From assembly GCA_016929895.1 (NCBI GenBank), contig JAFGHW010000001.1, forward strand, positions 135-64,134: a DNA stretch of 64,000 nucleotides. The letters are read 5' to 3'. Position 1 is the first letter of the stretch, and the number at the start of each line of letters is the position of its first letter. Shown piece by piece: positions 20,005 through 29,048 of this stretch. Below the pieces are notes generated by a model that was not told the origin of the DNA, did no database searches, and saw nothing but the letters and a program-made list of their open reading frames with translations. This stretch comes from Candidatus Woesearchaeota archaeon (GTDB lineage: Archaea > Nanobdellota > Nanobdellia > Woesearchaeales > ARS49). Both the position numbers and the translations under genes were made by a program.

Positions 20005-20466
20005 ATGAAGAATTTACTATATCGCGCCGGGGCTACAGTATTGGCATTGACAGCGAGTTGTATTAGTCCGAATCCCGAGTATGAAGCATTGCATAGGGAT
20101 CTTAATGAACTTGAAGTGAAAGTTAATGCACGTCGCCGTTCGGTTGATGAATTGGAAAAAATGAGTTCTGAACTAACTAAAGAACGCAATCAAATATTAG
20201 AATTAAGTGCACTTGTTGAACAGAAACTGGAAGATCTTTCATTAATGGCTACAAAGAGAATTACAGGCCGTGGAAAACTACTGTCTTGTATTATTGATGA
20301 TATATCTAAAAAATTAGAAGACGATAAACTTACTCATGAACAAAGAGAAGAACTTAACAAAGACTATTTGAAATTTATGTCACTATACAAAGAAACCATG
20401 GATTATCTTATACAATTTATAGATTCGAAAAATGAATTAATAGATTCGCAAAATTCTAAAAAATAA
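20005..20466 (+). CDS. Hypothetical coiled-coil protein with a lipoprotein-like N-terminus (LALTASC). The 5' part is GC-richer than its surroundings.
   Basis: ORF track. No recognisable family. Confidence 0.35.
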   Translation: MKNLLYRAGATVLALTASCISPNPEYEALHRDLNELEVKVNARRRSVDELEKMSSELTKERNQILELSALVEQKLEDLSLMATKRITGRGKLLSCIIDDISKKLEDDKLTHEQREELNKDYLKFMSLYKETMDYLIQFIDSKNELIDSQNSKK

Positions 20467-20574
20467 ATTTAGATAAACAAGATTTACTTTAAATTCCCTC
20501 CTCTTCTAAAAACATCACAAATAAGTTCTTCCTAATATTTTTCTGAGCAATCTTTCTACTATTAATTTTTCAGC

Positions 20575-20684
20575 GCCGACGGCGGGATATTCGGCTCCCA
20601 CCTTGACGCTCGAACCCGCAAAACGCTAGTTAGCGTCAACGCAATCTTAAGTTGCGCGCGGCTACCAATTTCGCCACCTCGGCT
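20575..20684 (-). tRNA. Candidate tRNA-Leu (anticodon TAA) with a ~21-nt non-canonical intron in the T-loop.
   Basis: Minus-strand fold reads acceptor GCCGAGG, D-arm GCGA-AATTGGTAG-CCGC (Leu-type), anticodon stem CGCAA/TTGCG, loop CTTAAGA. Long variable arm ACGCT-AACT-AGCGT. T-stem GCGGG/CCCGC encloses TTCGA[21 nt]AT. One G:G mismatch in the acceptor stem. Confidence 0.5.
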
Positions 20685-20957
20685 TTGCTGAAAACCACAA
20701 AGTTTTTATACTTCATGAACATTATTTATTATGCTGGTTAGTGTTAATGTAATTTTAAACTGTGTGCGTTAATCAAATTTCGCCGCACTATTTTTCTTTT
20801 TTTTATAACATTTTACTTCTTAATAACACTTATTTAACAAAATTCAGAATTCTTCCGAATAGATCAGAAATAATACTGATTTAACCAAACAAAATTAAAA
20901 ATAAAAGAAAAAAAACAAAATAAATACGAAAAAATCGGAAAAAAAGAAATAAAAAAA

Positions 20958-23900
20958 TTATTTTACTGCCTTGTCAATATCTTCCTTAGACCATCCCTGC
21001 TGTCTTAAACTCTGCCTTATTCTTGGCTCTTTAAAACCCTTGCTTTTTGCGTCCTTAACATATTTTTTCAAAGGAGACAAAACATCAGGTTTTTTCAAAA
21101 ACTTAACATAATAAACCAAAAAGCCCAAAGCAATAGCAGTAGCCAACAAAATAATAATTACAGGAACAAGCCATGCAGGCTTTTCAACACGGCAAGGAGC
21201 ACAAGGGCCTCCGCAATCAATACCTTCTTCGCCTTGGTTTTGAATACCATCAAAACAACTAGCAACAGGCTTGGCAGGAGGAACATATTCTGGAGTACAT
21301 GATTGTGTTTCAGCAGGTTTTTGCAAGATTAAATGACACTCAGGATAATCATTCAAAAAGCAAGTCCTTGTCTGAATACCATTAGCACTGCACGCACTCC
21401 ACGCATTACAAATCCAGTCATCCATGCACTCAGTAACTTCCTGCTCTGCAACTGTCTGCTTATACCAGCTACTTCCGCCGCCACCGCCTCCAGTAGCACC
21501 AGGAGTTCCAGGAGCAGCAGGAGGATAAGAAGGTTCAGGACAAGCACCGCAAGAACCACCACAATCAACACCAGTTTCATCATAGTTCTGAACATTATCA
21601 AAACAATGAGGGAAACTAACAGTAATCACATTAGCGCTATAAACAATATCAACTCTAGGGCCATGCAAGTTAAATACATCTCCCCTGTTTAACACGTCTA
21701 AAGCAACCATAACACCAGTAGCAGAATCGCCAGCAACAACCAACCTGTAAGGATTATGTTGCACTAAAATCAAAGCCCTGCCTGTTGTCAATGCATTACA
21801 TTCTGCGGTTCCAAGAACATTTTCAACCCAGCTGTTATCATTACAAGTTCCTATTAATACTGTATTCAAATTATTAAAATTATTCAAAGAAAGACCTGCA
21901 GGAGGTATTGAATCAGGTATTGAAATCCTATAAGAAGTTATTACAGTTGGCGGGTCCTCACAAACATTTGTGCTAGGATTGCAATAACCAGAAGTACAAT
22001 CCGAATCATCACTGCAAGAATGACCATTAGCCCACGGAGGCGTTGTGTCACATAAATTAGTGTCAGGATTACAATAACCAGAAATACAATCTGAATTATC
22101 AGAACAAGCATAACCAATAGGCCAAGGAGGACCAGTAGCATTACCAACACAGACACAGCCAATACAGTTCTGATTAACAGTGCATTGGTAATCAAACTCG
22201 CATTGCTCACCAACATCAATATTGCCGTCACCACAATACGGTCCTGAAGGCACAGGAACACCACCAAGAGCTATTGCGTCTATTAAAAAATTATAATCTG
22301 CTCCCTCATTATTATAACCTTCACAAGATGCATCAGTTGAAATCATATGGTCAAAACGACCTTCAGTAATATGATCAGGAGCATTCCAGCAAGCATATAA
22401 TTTCTTTGTTCCAGACACTACATCTACAGGGGCATAACCTAATACGCTATACTGATAAGTTTCATCAGGGCAAGAAGTTCCTGAAAAAACAAAATGATCA
22501 ACATAAGTATGACCATCATATCGCTCCTGCCTATAACACTGAGCAACAGGAACAGTATCTGGCTGCTGTTCTTTATACAAATGACCCAACAATCCATCAA
22601 CACTATTTCCTCCGCAATTTGATTCAAAAGATACATAATGGTTTACAACATGGGGGCCGCCAGACCAATGCTGAACCCAGTAACATCTATAGATTGGATT
22701 TGTTTCATACTGCTGGTCCATGCAAACAAAAGTATCTGCATCACAATAACCTGAAACACAAGCAGAATTATCAGTGCAAGAATGGCCATTAAGCCAAGGA
22801 GGAGCAGTGCAAACATTACCTATACAATCAAGACCCTGCACACAATCAGCAGCAATTAAACAAGATTCGCCTTCCTGATTAGGAGCAATAACTGGCTCTA
22901 AAAAATTAAATGAAATGCCTTCATTATCATAACCTTCACAAGCAAAATCAATAGAAACCATATGGTCAAAACGACCATCACTAATATGGTCTGGACGATT
23001 ATGACAGCTATGTACGCCAACAGTATTTGATGCCTCGATTAAAGGGGCATAGCCTAATAAAGAATGAGTGTTCGTACCATCAGGACAACCATTAGAAACA
23101 ACAAAATGGTCAACATAAGTATGATGATCATGTCTTGTATTTCTTATACACTGATACAATGGAACAGTATTTGCCTGCTGATCAGTATACAAATCACCAA
23201 TAAAACCATCAACATGATTGCCCTCGCAATTAGCATTTTCAGACAAATAATGATTAATAACATGAGGGCCGCCAGACCAATGCTGAGACCACCAGCAACG
23301 GTAAACATGATTTCTCTTAGGCAATGGAGAATCAGCACAAAGGCCGCTGCTTTGGTCGCAATAATTAGAACCACAATCTGAATTCAAAGTGCAGGAATGC
23401 CCATTAGGCCAAGGAGCTGAAACACAAACATTATTAAAACAGTCAAGACCGCTTTCACAATCAGAAACAACATTACAAGCTTCTCCTTCTTTAGATTTCG
23501 CGCCCTCTGGCTTTAAAAAATTAAAAATCACATACTCATTATCATAACCTTCACAAAGAACATCTGATGAAACCATATGATCAAAACGACCATCACCTAC
23601 ACTGTCTGGACGATTCCAACACCTATATACTTCTTTTGATTCAGGCACAGCAGTTTCAGGAGCATAACCCAACAAGTTATACTCGTATGATATCTCAGGG
23701 CAAGAAGTTCCTGAAAAAATAAAATGATCAACATAAGTATGACTATCATGCCTTGTCTGCCTATAACATTGAGCAACAGGAACAGTATTCGGCCTTTGTT
23801 CTATATACAAATCACCAACAACACCATCAACAGTATCTCCGCCGCAATCGGGGTCTTCTGATAAGTAATGATTAATAACTGTAGGGCCGCCAGACCAATG

Positions 23901-25388
23901 CTGGTTCCAATAACAACGATAAATAGTTTTTCTTATAGTAGGAGCTGGAGCAGTGCAAATACCTGCAGAACAAGTGGCACAATCAACAATTTCTTCGTTT
24001 ATACCAGAACTAATCCTTTTATTATCACAAAAATATTCATGCAGTTTTCCATTGCTATCACAATAATCTGTTTTAGATTCCTGAGCAATATTACTTGTAG
24101 TAGTTCCCTGAACTAAATGCTCTCTTCCATTATCTGTTTCCTCGCAAAAAGGAAACATATACCATTTGCCTTCAAGAACACTTTCGCTAGGGCAAGCATC
24201 GGCACTTATTTGAAAATGCTCATCCTGCTGTGAATTCAACAAAACAGGTGCGCTGCCAAGCTCAGTTTTACACCTTAATAAAGGAACAGTCCCTGCCTGT
24301 TCATTATGGTAAACATATCCCAAGTCAGCCCTCCATTCAGTTGCAGGGTCGCATTCATTGGCTGCAATTAAATGGTCATCACCAGCAGGCCAATAACAAT
24401 AAACAAGCTTAACAGTATCATCATGCCTATCCTTGAACACATTGCCGAGAACAAACTCCATATTACCTTCAGGACAAGAAGGGCTCGTATGAACATAATA
24501 ATCATTAGCACCATTTGCTTTAGTTCTTTTGCAAACATATAAAGTGGCTTTTTCTTCTGTAACAGGGGCAGCACTAACCTGTTTTATAAAATTAAAAATT
24601 ATATTTTCATTATTATAGCCTTCACAACCTGCAGAAGAAGAATCCATATGGTCCCATCTTCCGTCTCTAACACTATCCGGAGCATTCCAGCACCTGTAAA
24701 TCTTCTTAGTATCAACAGTTTCTGCTGCCGGAGCATAACCTAAAAGTCCATCCAAACTAGTTCCATCAGGGCAATTGCCTGCAACAGTAAAATGGTCAAA
24801 ATAAGTATGACTATCATATCTTGCATTTCTTATACACTGATTAATAACAACTGTATCAGGCTGTTGAGTCTTATACAAATAACCAACCAAACCGTCTGCA
24901 TTATTGCCATCACAATTAGAATTTTTAGACAGATAATGATTAATAACATGAGGGCCGCCAGACCAGTGCTGAGTCCACCAACAACGATAAACAGGGTCTA
25001 CTTCTGAATCAAGAACAACATTTCCAGTAACAAAATTTGCGAAAAAAGAACCAGTAGGAGTGCTAATAACAGTATCACTCATATCATTGCAATCATAACC
25101 TGCGCCATTAACAATCTCGCACATTTTGGTTTGAAGAAGATCATAAAGAATCGTTATATCATAGCTTGAGTCAACAACAATAGCATCTTCAAAAGAAAGA
25201 ATATAATCAACATCATCATCAACTAAAAACTGCTCAGGAAAATCAGACAATTCAGGAATAGATGGAGGTGTGTACGTATGAATTGCTTTACCATAAAATC
25301 TGCTAAACATGCCTGGCTGGTCAGTGCAACCTGCAAGAATGAATAAAGAAATAATCAGAACTGTAAGCAATATATAGTTACTCTTCAT
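20958..25388 (-). CDS. Giant (1476 aa) secreted type I membrane protein: signal peptide, four ~200-aa Cys/Trp-rich repeats (YRCWW.QHWSGGP.VINHYLS...), EGF-like Cys knots (GHSC..NSDC.SGYC) and one Myxococcus-type CGDG..EQC motif. C-terminal TM helix plus a short basic cytoplasmic tail.
   Basis: Single uninterrupted ORF. Repeats visible at protein and DNA level. N-terminal MKSNYILLTVLIISLFILAGC and C-terminal PVIIILLATAIALGFLVYYVKFLKK. Confidence 0.7.
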   Translation of the reverse strand: MKSNYILLTVLIISLFILAGCTDQPGMFSRFYGKAIHTYTPPSIPELSDFPEQFLVDDDVDYILSFEDAIVVDSSYDITILYDLLQTKMCEIVNGAGYDCNDMSDTVISTPTGSFFANFVTGNVVLDSEVDPVYRCWWTQHWSGGPHVINHYLSKNSNCDGNNADGLVGYLYKTQQPDTVVINQCIRNARYDSHTYFDHFTVAGNCPDGTSLDGLLGYAPAAETVDTKKIYRCWNAPDSVRDGRWDHMDSSSAGCEGYNNENIIFNFIKQVSAAPVTEEKATLYVCKRTKANGANDYYVHTSPSCPEGNMEFVLGNVFKDRHDDTVKLVYCYWPAGDDHLIAANECDPATEWRADLGYVYHNEQAGTVPLLRCKTELGSAPVLLNSQQDEHFQISADACPSESVLEGKWYMFPFCEETDNGREHLVQGTTTSNIAQESKTDYCDSNGKLHEYFCDNKRISSGINEEIVDCATCSAGICTAPAPTIRKTIYRCYWNQHWSGGPTVINHYLSEDPDCGGDTVDGVVGDLYIEQRPNTVPVAQCYRQTRHDSHTYVDHFIFSGTSCPEISYEYNLLGYAPETAVPESKEVYRCWNRPDSVGDGRFDHMVSSDVLCEGYDNEYVIFNFLKPEGAKSKEGEACNVVSDCESGLDCFNNVCVSAPWPNGHSCTLNSDCGSNYCDQSSGLCADSPLPKRNHVYRCWWSQHWSGGPHVINHYLSENANCEGNHVDGFIGDLYTDQQANTVPLYQCIRNTRHDHHTYVDHFVVSNGCPDGTNTHSLLGYAPLIEASNTVGVHSCHNRPDHISDGRFDHMVSIDFACEGYDNEGISFNFLEPVIAPNQEGESCLIAADCVQGLDCIGNVCTAPPWLNGHSCTDNSACVSGYCDADTFVCMDQQYETNPIYRCYWVQHWSGGPHVVNHYVSFESNCGGNSVDGLLGHLYKEQQPDTVPVAQCYRQERYDGHTYVDHFVFSGTSCPDETYQYSVLGYAPVDVVSGTKKLYACWNAPDHITEGRFDHMISTDASCEGYNNEGADYNFLIDAIALGGVPVPSGPYCGDGNIDVGEQCEFDYQCTVNQNCIGCVCVGNATGPPWPIGYACSDNSDCISGYCNPDTNLCDTTPPWANGHSCSDDSDCTSGYCNPSTNVCEDPPTVITSYRISIPDSIPPAGLSLNNFNNLNTVLIGTCNDNSWVENVLGTAECNALTTGRALILVQHNPYRLVVAGDSATGVMVALDVLNRGDVFNLHGPRVDIVYSANVITVSFPHCFDNVQNYDETGVDCGGSCGACPEPSYPPAAPGTPGATGGGGGGSSWYKQTVAEQEVTECMDDWICNAWSACSANGIQTRTCFLNDYPECHLILQKPAETQSCTPEYVPPAKPVASCFDGIQNQGEEGIDCGGPCAPCRVEKPAWLVPVIIILLATAIALGFLVYYVKFLKKPDVLSPLKKYVKDAKSKGFKEPRIRQSLRQQGWSKEDIDKAVK
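22300..25050 (-). repeat. Internal tandem coding repeats (4 units, ~600 nt each) within the giant surface-protein gene.
   Basis: Recurrent near-identical peptide blocks (HWSGGP, YRCWN.PDS..DGR.DHM, NF[IL]). Mirrored by repeated spurious opposite-strand ORFs beginning MINNMRAARP at ~23.1, 23.9 and 24.8 kb. Confidence 0.5.
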
Positions 25389-25509
25389 CTACTCAACCTC
25401 CTTTTACACTATAACTATAAGTATAAATTAATGATAAATTAGAATAAACTATATATAAATGTTTCTATCAAATCAATAGAATCATACTCAATATTTCTTA
25501 GAAAATAGC

Positions 25510-25974
25510 TTAGGTTTTCTTCGGTTCTTTTTTCTCTACTGGTTTTGCCTTGGGTTTCTCTTGCATTACCTTTGGTTCAGATTCTTCTGCTTTAGGCGTT
25601 TCTATGATTTTCTTTTGCTCAATCTTGGGCGCAGACTTTTCTTTGGTTTTCTTTTCTTCCTTTGTTTTGGCTGGTTTCTTTTTACCCTTAACTTCTTTTT
25701 TCTTTTCTTCAGGAGCGCCAACCAATTCAGCAGTTACAATACCCTTGTCATCCTTTTTAACATTAATTCTAATCCTGCATGGGGGATTTTTCATTCCATG
25801 CTTCCACAACTCCTTATTAAGATACTTCCCAATCTTAACATTTTTTTCATCAGCCTTCATATGCTTAATCAAGAAAGCTTTGACTGCATTAACTGCCTTT
25901 TTAGCTCGCCTGTATCGCGGAGCTTTTTGCCATTCCTTTCTTAACGGAATTGTGTAAGTTCGTTCAATTGCCAT
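25510..25974 (-). CDS. rpl31e: 50S ribosomal protein L31e with a ~70-aa Lys/Glu-rich C-terminal extension.
   Basis: RTYTIPLRKEW..APRYRRAKKAVNAVKAFLIKHMK...ELWKHGMKNPPCRIRINV matches L31e. The tail is KKEVKGKKKPAKTKEEKK... Confidence 0.8.
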   Translation of the reverse strand: MAIERTYTIPLRKEWQKAPRYRRAKKAVNAVKAFLIKHMKADEKNVKIGKYLNKELWKHGMKNPPCRIRINVKKDDKGIVTAELVGAPEEKKKEVKGKKKPAKTKEEKKTKEKSAPKIEQKKIIETPKAEESEPKVMQEKPKAKPVEKKEPKKT

Positions 25975-26365
25975 CTTCTGCCTTTAGAACCTCATTCATT
26001 CCTGAATAAATCATAGATTCAATACTTTCAAACTTGTCAATAGTATCGATTATTGAATCATCTTTTGCATACTTAGAATCAAGCCAACAACTTAACAACT
26101 TTGCCTTTGCATTAAGAACTCTATCTCCTGTTTTTGCAGAATATCTAACTACATCACCTGCAATACAAAAAGCAATATCACCCACGGAAAACATTTTTCC
26201 TGAAATAATTTCCCCGCCTAAATCACTCATTCTATCTACAACAAAATCCTGCAAAAACGCATTTCTGCTAACAGGCGCTTTTGAATCTCTTGAAAAAAAA
26301 TATTCAAAATCAGTATCTTGTTCACGTTCTTCCATTATCCCGCCTATATCCGCCAAACAATACAT
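25964..26365 (-). CDS. Hypothetical protein (133 aa) inserted between L39e and L31e.
   Basis: Co-oriented ORF with tight coupling: start 26365 vs L39e stop 26368; its end overlaps the L31e start. No family recognised. Confidence 0.4.
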   Translation of the reverse strand: MYCLADIGGIMEEREQDTDFEYFFSRDSKAPVSRNAFLQDFVVDRMSDLGGEIISGKMFSVGDIAFCIAGDVVRYSAKTGDRVLNAKAKLLSCWLDSKYAKDDSIIDTIDKFESIESMIYSGMNEVLKAEDGN

Positions 26366-26367
26366 GT

Positions 26368-26541
26368 TTACACCTTTAACTTAGTTCTTCTCCATGAACG
26401 CTTAACCTTGGTATGCCTTCCAGGATGAACACGTCTTCCTTTGCCGTATTTCTTAGGAACAGTCCAAAAAGGAGCCCAACGAGTACGGCGAGCTCTTTTA
26501 ATCAAACGCTTTTTCCTTGCCAAATGCTTGTATCTCGCCAT
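26368..26541 (-). CDS. rpl39e: 50S ribosomal protein L39e (57 aa), missed by the ORF track.
   Basis: Manual translation: MARYKHLARKKRLIKRARRTRWAPFWTVPKKYGKGRRVHPGRHTKVKRSWRRTKLKV. Matches the L39e consensus (..RR.P.W...K......HP.RR.WRRTKLK). Confidence 0.7.
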   Translation of the reverse strand: MARYKHLARKKRLIKRARRTRWAPFWTVPKKYGKGRRVHPGRHTKVKRSWRRTKLKV

Positions 26542-26542
26542 T

Positions 26543-27211
26543 TTATTTGCCAGATTCCTCTTGAGTTTTATTTTCAGATTGTTTTTCCAAACTTTCTTTT
26601 TTCTCTTCTTTAACTTCTTTTGATTCAGGTTCCTTTTCGGGCATTATTTTTTTAACTTCATTTTTAACAACTTTTTTCTTAACAGCCTTCTTTTTTCTCT
26701 TCTTAACTTTTCTTTTCTTTTTCTTTTTAACAACATTAGTAAATCTCAATTCTTCCTCAGGCCTCTTAGGAATAACAATATTTGATTCTTTCATAATAGA
26801 AATAGCAACCTTATTCAGCAATTTATCGCCGTCAGGAGTAACAATTCTTCCTTTATGAACGCCTTTTTCGTCTTTTTTAACAAAACCTGCTTTTTCCAAC
26901 TGCTGCAAAACCTTTCTAATAATAGAACCAGAACCTTTATAGAAATGCTCAGGCCTGTAACCCCTATTTTTTCTGCCGCCGTATTTTATCCTTAACTTTT
27001 GAGTGCCAATAGGACCTTTAATCTTAATTGCCCTTAAAACTGCTGCTGCACGAACATACCACCAATCCTTTTGAACAGGAGGCCTTTCCTTATGCATTCC
27101 TGTCTTGCAAAACAAACTCCACTCAGGAGACTTGATAGAGTCAACAGTTTTCAGTTCTTCAGCTAACTTCAAAATAAATTCATTTATAGGCACATCAAAT
27201 ATATTTCCCAT
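26543..27211 (-). CDS. rps19e: 30S ribosomal protein S19e with a Lys-rich C-terminal extension.
   Basis: SPEWSLFCKTGMHKERPP..DWWYVRAAAVLR...GP.G...L...YGGRKNRGYRPEHFYKGSGSIIRKVLQQLEKAG is the S19e signature. The tail is KKKKKRKVKKRKKK... Confidence 0.85.
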   Translation of the reverse strand: MGNIFDVPINEFILKLAEELKTVDSIKSPEWSLFCKTGMHKERPPVQKDWWYVRAAAVLRAIKIKGPIGTQKLRIKYGGRKNRGYRPEHFYKGSGSIIRKVLQQLEKAGFVKKDEKGVHKGRIVTPDGDKLLNKVAISIMKESNIVIPKRPEEELRFTNVVKKKKKRKVKKRKKKAVKKKVVKNEVKKIMPEKEPESKEVKEEKKESLEKQSENKTQEESGK

Positions 27212-27343
27212 AATTATAACCTCGCGGTTTACAATGAAAGTCTTTTCGATCTTTCAGATGAGTATTAGAATTCATTGATTGTTTATAAAGGTTATGGAAA
27301 TGTATGCATTTGTGTAACCTCAAAAATCTTTGATTTTTGATGG

Positions 27344-27943
27344 TTATGGTTTGTATTTTCTAAAACCCTTAAAACCAGTAACATAAGAACATTCAACTTT
27401 TGCTTTTTGAAACTTTTTGGTTCTTGAATTCCAGTAATAGGCGGATGTTAAAAAATTAAAATTATTAATAGAACCAAACAAATCTCCTTTTTTGGTCTGT
27501 TTTGGAGCAAACCATTTATTTTTGAATAATGATGTTATTATATAAATATAATTTCTATTTTTTTCCATGCTTTTCAAATCATAATCACTATATCTTGCAT
27601 TATAAATAAGATTATTCAAAACTTCATCCAATGTCTTTGGTCGTTTATCGTAATCATATCCTTTTTTTAGTATATGCGAATGAAAATCACCTATATATTT
27701 TGCGTCGGCTAAACGAGATACTAGATTCATAACTCTTTCATCTCGTTTTTCATTGGGCGACACTTCCTTGCTCCTTCGTTGAGCTGTCAAGGAAGGCAAA
27801 ATAAATTCAGGGATAAATCTCTCATTTCCAGAAGTTCTAGAAGTCTTGTCACCAAATAAAAGACCATAATATTCTTCTGGGTAAGATTCGATGGCTGGAA
27901 TTAATAAATGAATAAATTGATAATACTTAATAATTAGCTTCAT
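27344..27943 (-). CDS. JAB/MPN-like protein with a degenerate JAMM motif (E...GLLFG ... FHSH; the downstream Ser/Asp are not canonical).
   Basis: Pattern resemblance only (EEYYGLLFG, IGDFHSHILKKGYDYD). Overlaps the upstream nuclease gene by 4 nt. Confidence 0.3.
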   Translation of the reverse strand: MKLIIKYYQFIHLLIPAIESYPEEYYGLLFGDKTSRTSGNERFIPEFILPSLTAQRRSKEVSPNEKRDERVMNLVSRLADAKYIGDFHSHILKKGYDYDKRPKTLDEVLNNLIYNARYSDYDLKSMEKNRNYIYIITSLFKNKWFAPKQTKKGDLFGSINNFNFLTSAYYWNSRTKKFQKAKVECSYVTGFKGFRKYKP

Positions 27944-28941
27944 TCTTTTCTATCCTCCCAATATACTTCAATTTTTTGTTCTAATTCCTCTGGAGAAAGA
28001 ATTAAATTTTGGTTTCTTGCATCTTCATATTCTTTTACAACACCTTCTAAACAAAAATCATAATAGTCACAAAAAGTACAGCCATAATTAACATTTCGTT
28101 CAAAAATACCTTTCTCAATAACTTCGGTTGCTTTACAAAGAGAATTTTCCAATAAATCATAATCCTTTTGGATTTTTCTAACAGGAACAAGAGGATTTGC
28201 ATTAATATCTTTAGCAAGAGTTCTTACATGCAGAAGATATCTGCCAACAATTTCATATTGTGGAAACAATTCTGCTAAAGCCAAATCATAAATAGTAAAT
28301 TGATGGCCTGGATGGCGCAAAACCATTAAATCGTCAGGAGTTGCCTTTCTTTTATCTGTCTTATAATCAAAAAAAACAATTCCGTTGTTGTGCCTGTCAG
28401 TCCTATCAATATTCCCTCTGATTGAATAACCGCGAAACTTAATCCTGAAATTCAATTCAACTTTTGGAAATAAATTCAAACTATTCAAAAATTTCTTTTT
28501 TTTCTTTGCTTTAGCACTTAATAATTTTGCTCCTCTTAAAGCAGAAATTCTTTGCTCTTCGAGTCTTTGTCTTCTATGAATATCCCTCTTATAAAAACTA
28601 GTTAAAATTCTTGTTCCAAGACCTTTGTAATACCCAAAAATATGATTTCTTGCTTTTTCATCTGCGACTTTTACTATTCCTATTCTTTTATTATTATTTT
28701 CTCTTATTTCATACCAATATCTCTTCCAATAATTAATAAAAGATTCTTCTGACTTGAAATTATTGTTATAAAACAATTCGAGCATTCTATGAATCGCGAT
28801 ACCAAATGCAAATTTGAAATTAGTCGGAATTTCTATATCTTTTCTAAGATAACAAAATTCATAATACTTATGGCATTTAGCAATTGCACTTAGTTTAGTT
28901 GCACTGAAAACTAATTTATTAGATTTTCTTGTCTTGGGCAC
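27940..28941 (-). CDS. Cas4-like PD-(D/E)xK nuclease with a 4-Cys Fe-S cluster motif (RecB-family nuclease domain).
   Basis: N-terminal Cys (AKCHKYYEF), RecB motifs GNIDRTD and VFFDYKTDK, and C-terminal CTFCDYYDFC. No CRISPR array or other cas genes nearby. Confidence 0.65.
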   Translation of the reverse strand: MPKTRKSNKLVFSATKLSAIAKCHKYYEFCYLRKDIEIPTNFKFAFGIAIHRMLELFYNNNFKSEESFINYWKRYWYEIRENNNKRIGIVKVADEKARNHIFGYYKGLGTRILTSFYKRDIHRRQRLEEQRISALRGAKLLSAKAKKKKKFLNSLNLFPKVELNFRIKFRGYSIRGNIDRTDRHNNGIVFFDYKTDKRKATPDDLMVLRHPGHQFTIYDLALAELFPQYEIVGRYLLHVRTLAKDINANPLVPVRKIQKDYDLLENSLCKATEVIEKGIFERNVNYGCTFCDYYDFCLEGVVKEYEDARNQNLILSPEELEQKIEVYWEDRKE

Positions 28942-29048
28942 TAATCATCACTCCCACGCCACTATTAATAAAACATCATTTATAAATATTCTGACTAAAA
29001 TGAATATTTTCGACATATTTAAATACAAAACCGTTCTATCTAATACTC

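Noticed and set aside
20467-20957. Whole GC-rich intergenic block as a larger ncRNA (SRP RNA / RNase P RNA / rRNA fragment)
   Set aside because: No RNase P (AGGAAAGUCC-like) or SRP domain IV signatures. Only the tRNA-Leu-like segment folds convincingly. The remainder is left unassigned.
25550-25957. + strand ORFs opposite L31e (also 25561..25944)
   Set aside because: Phe/Leu-rich antisense translation of the Lys-rich L31e tail.
27344-27943. Calling the 199-aa protein an active JAMM deubiquitinase/peptidase
   Set aside because: The HxH is present, but the canonical downstream Ser-x2-Asp is replaced (HSHILKKGYDYDK), so only JAB-like at best.
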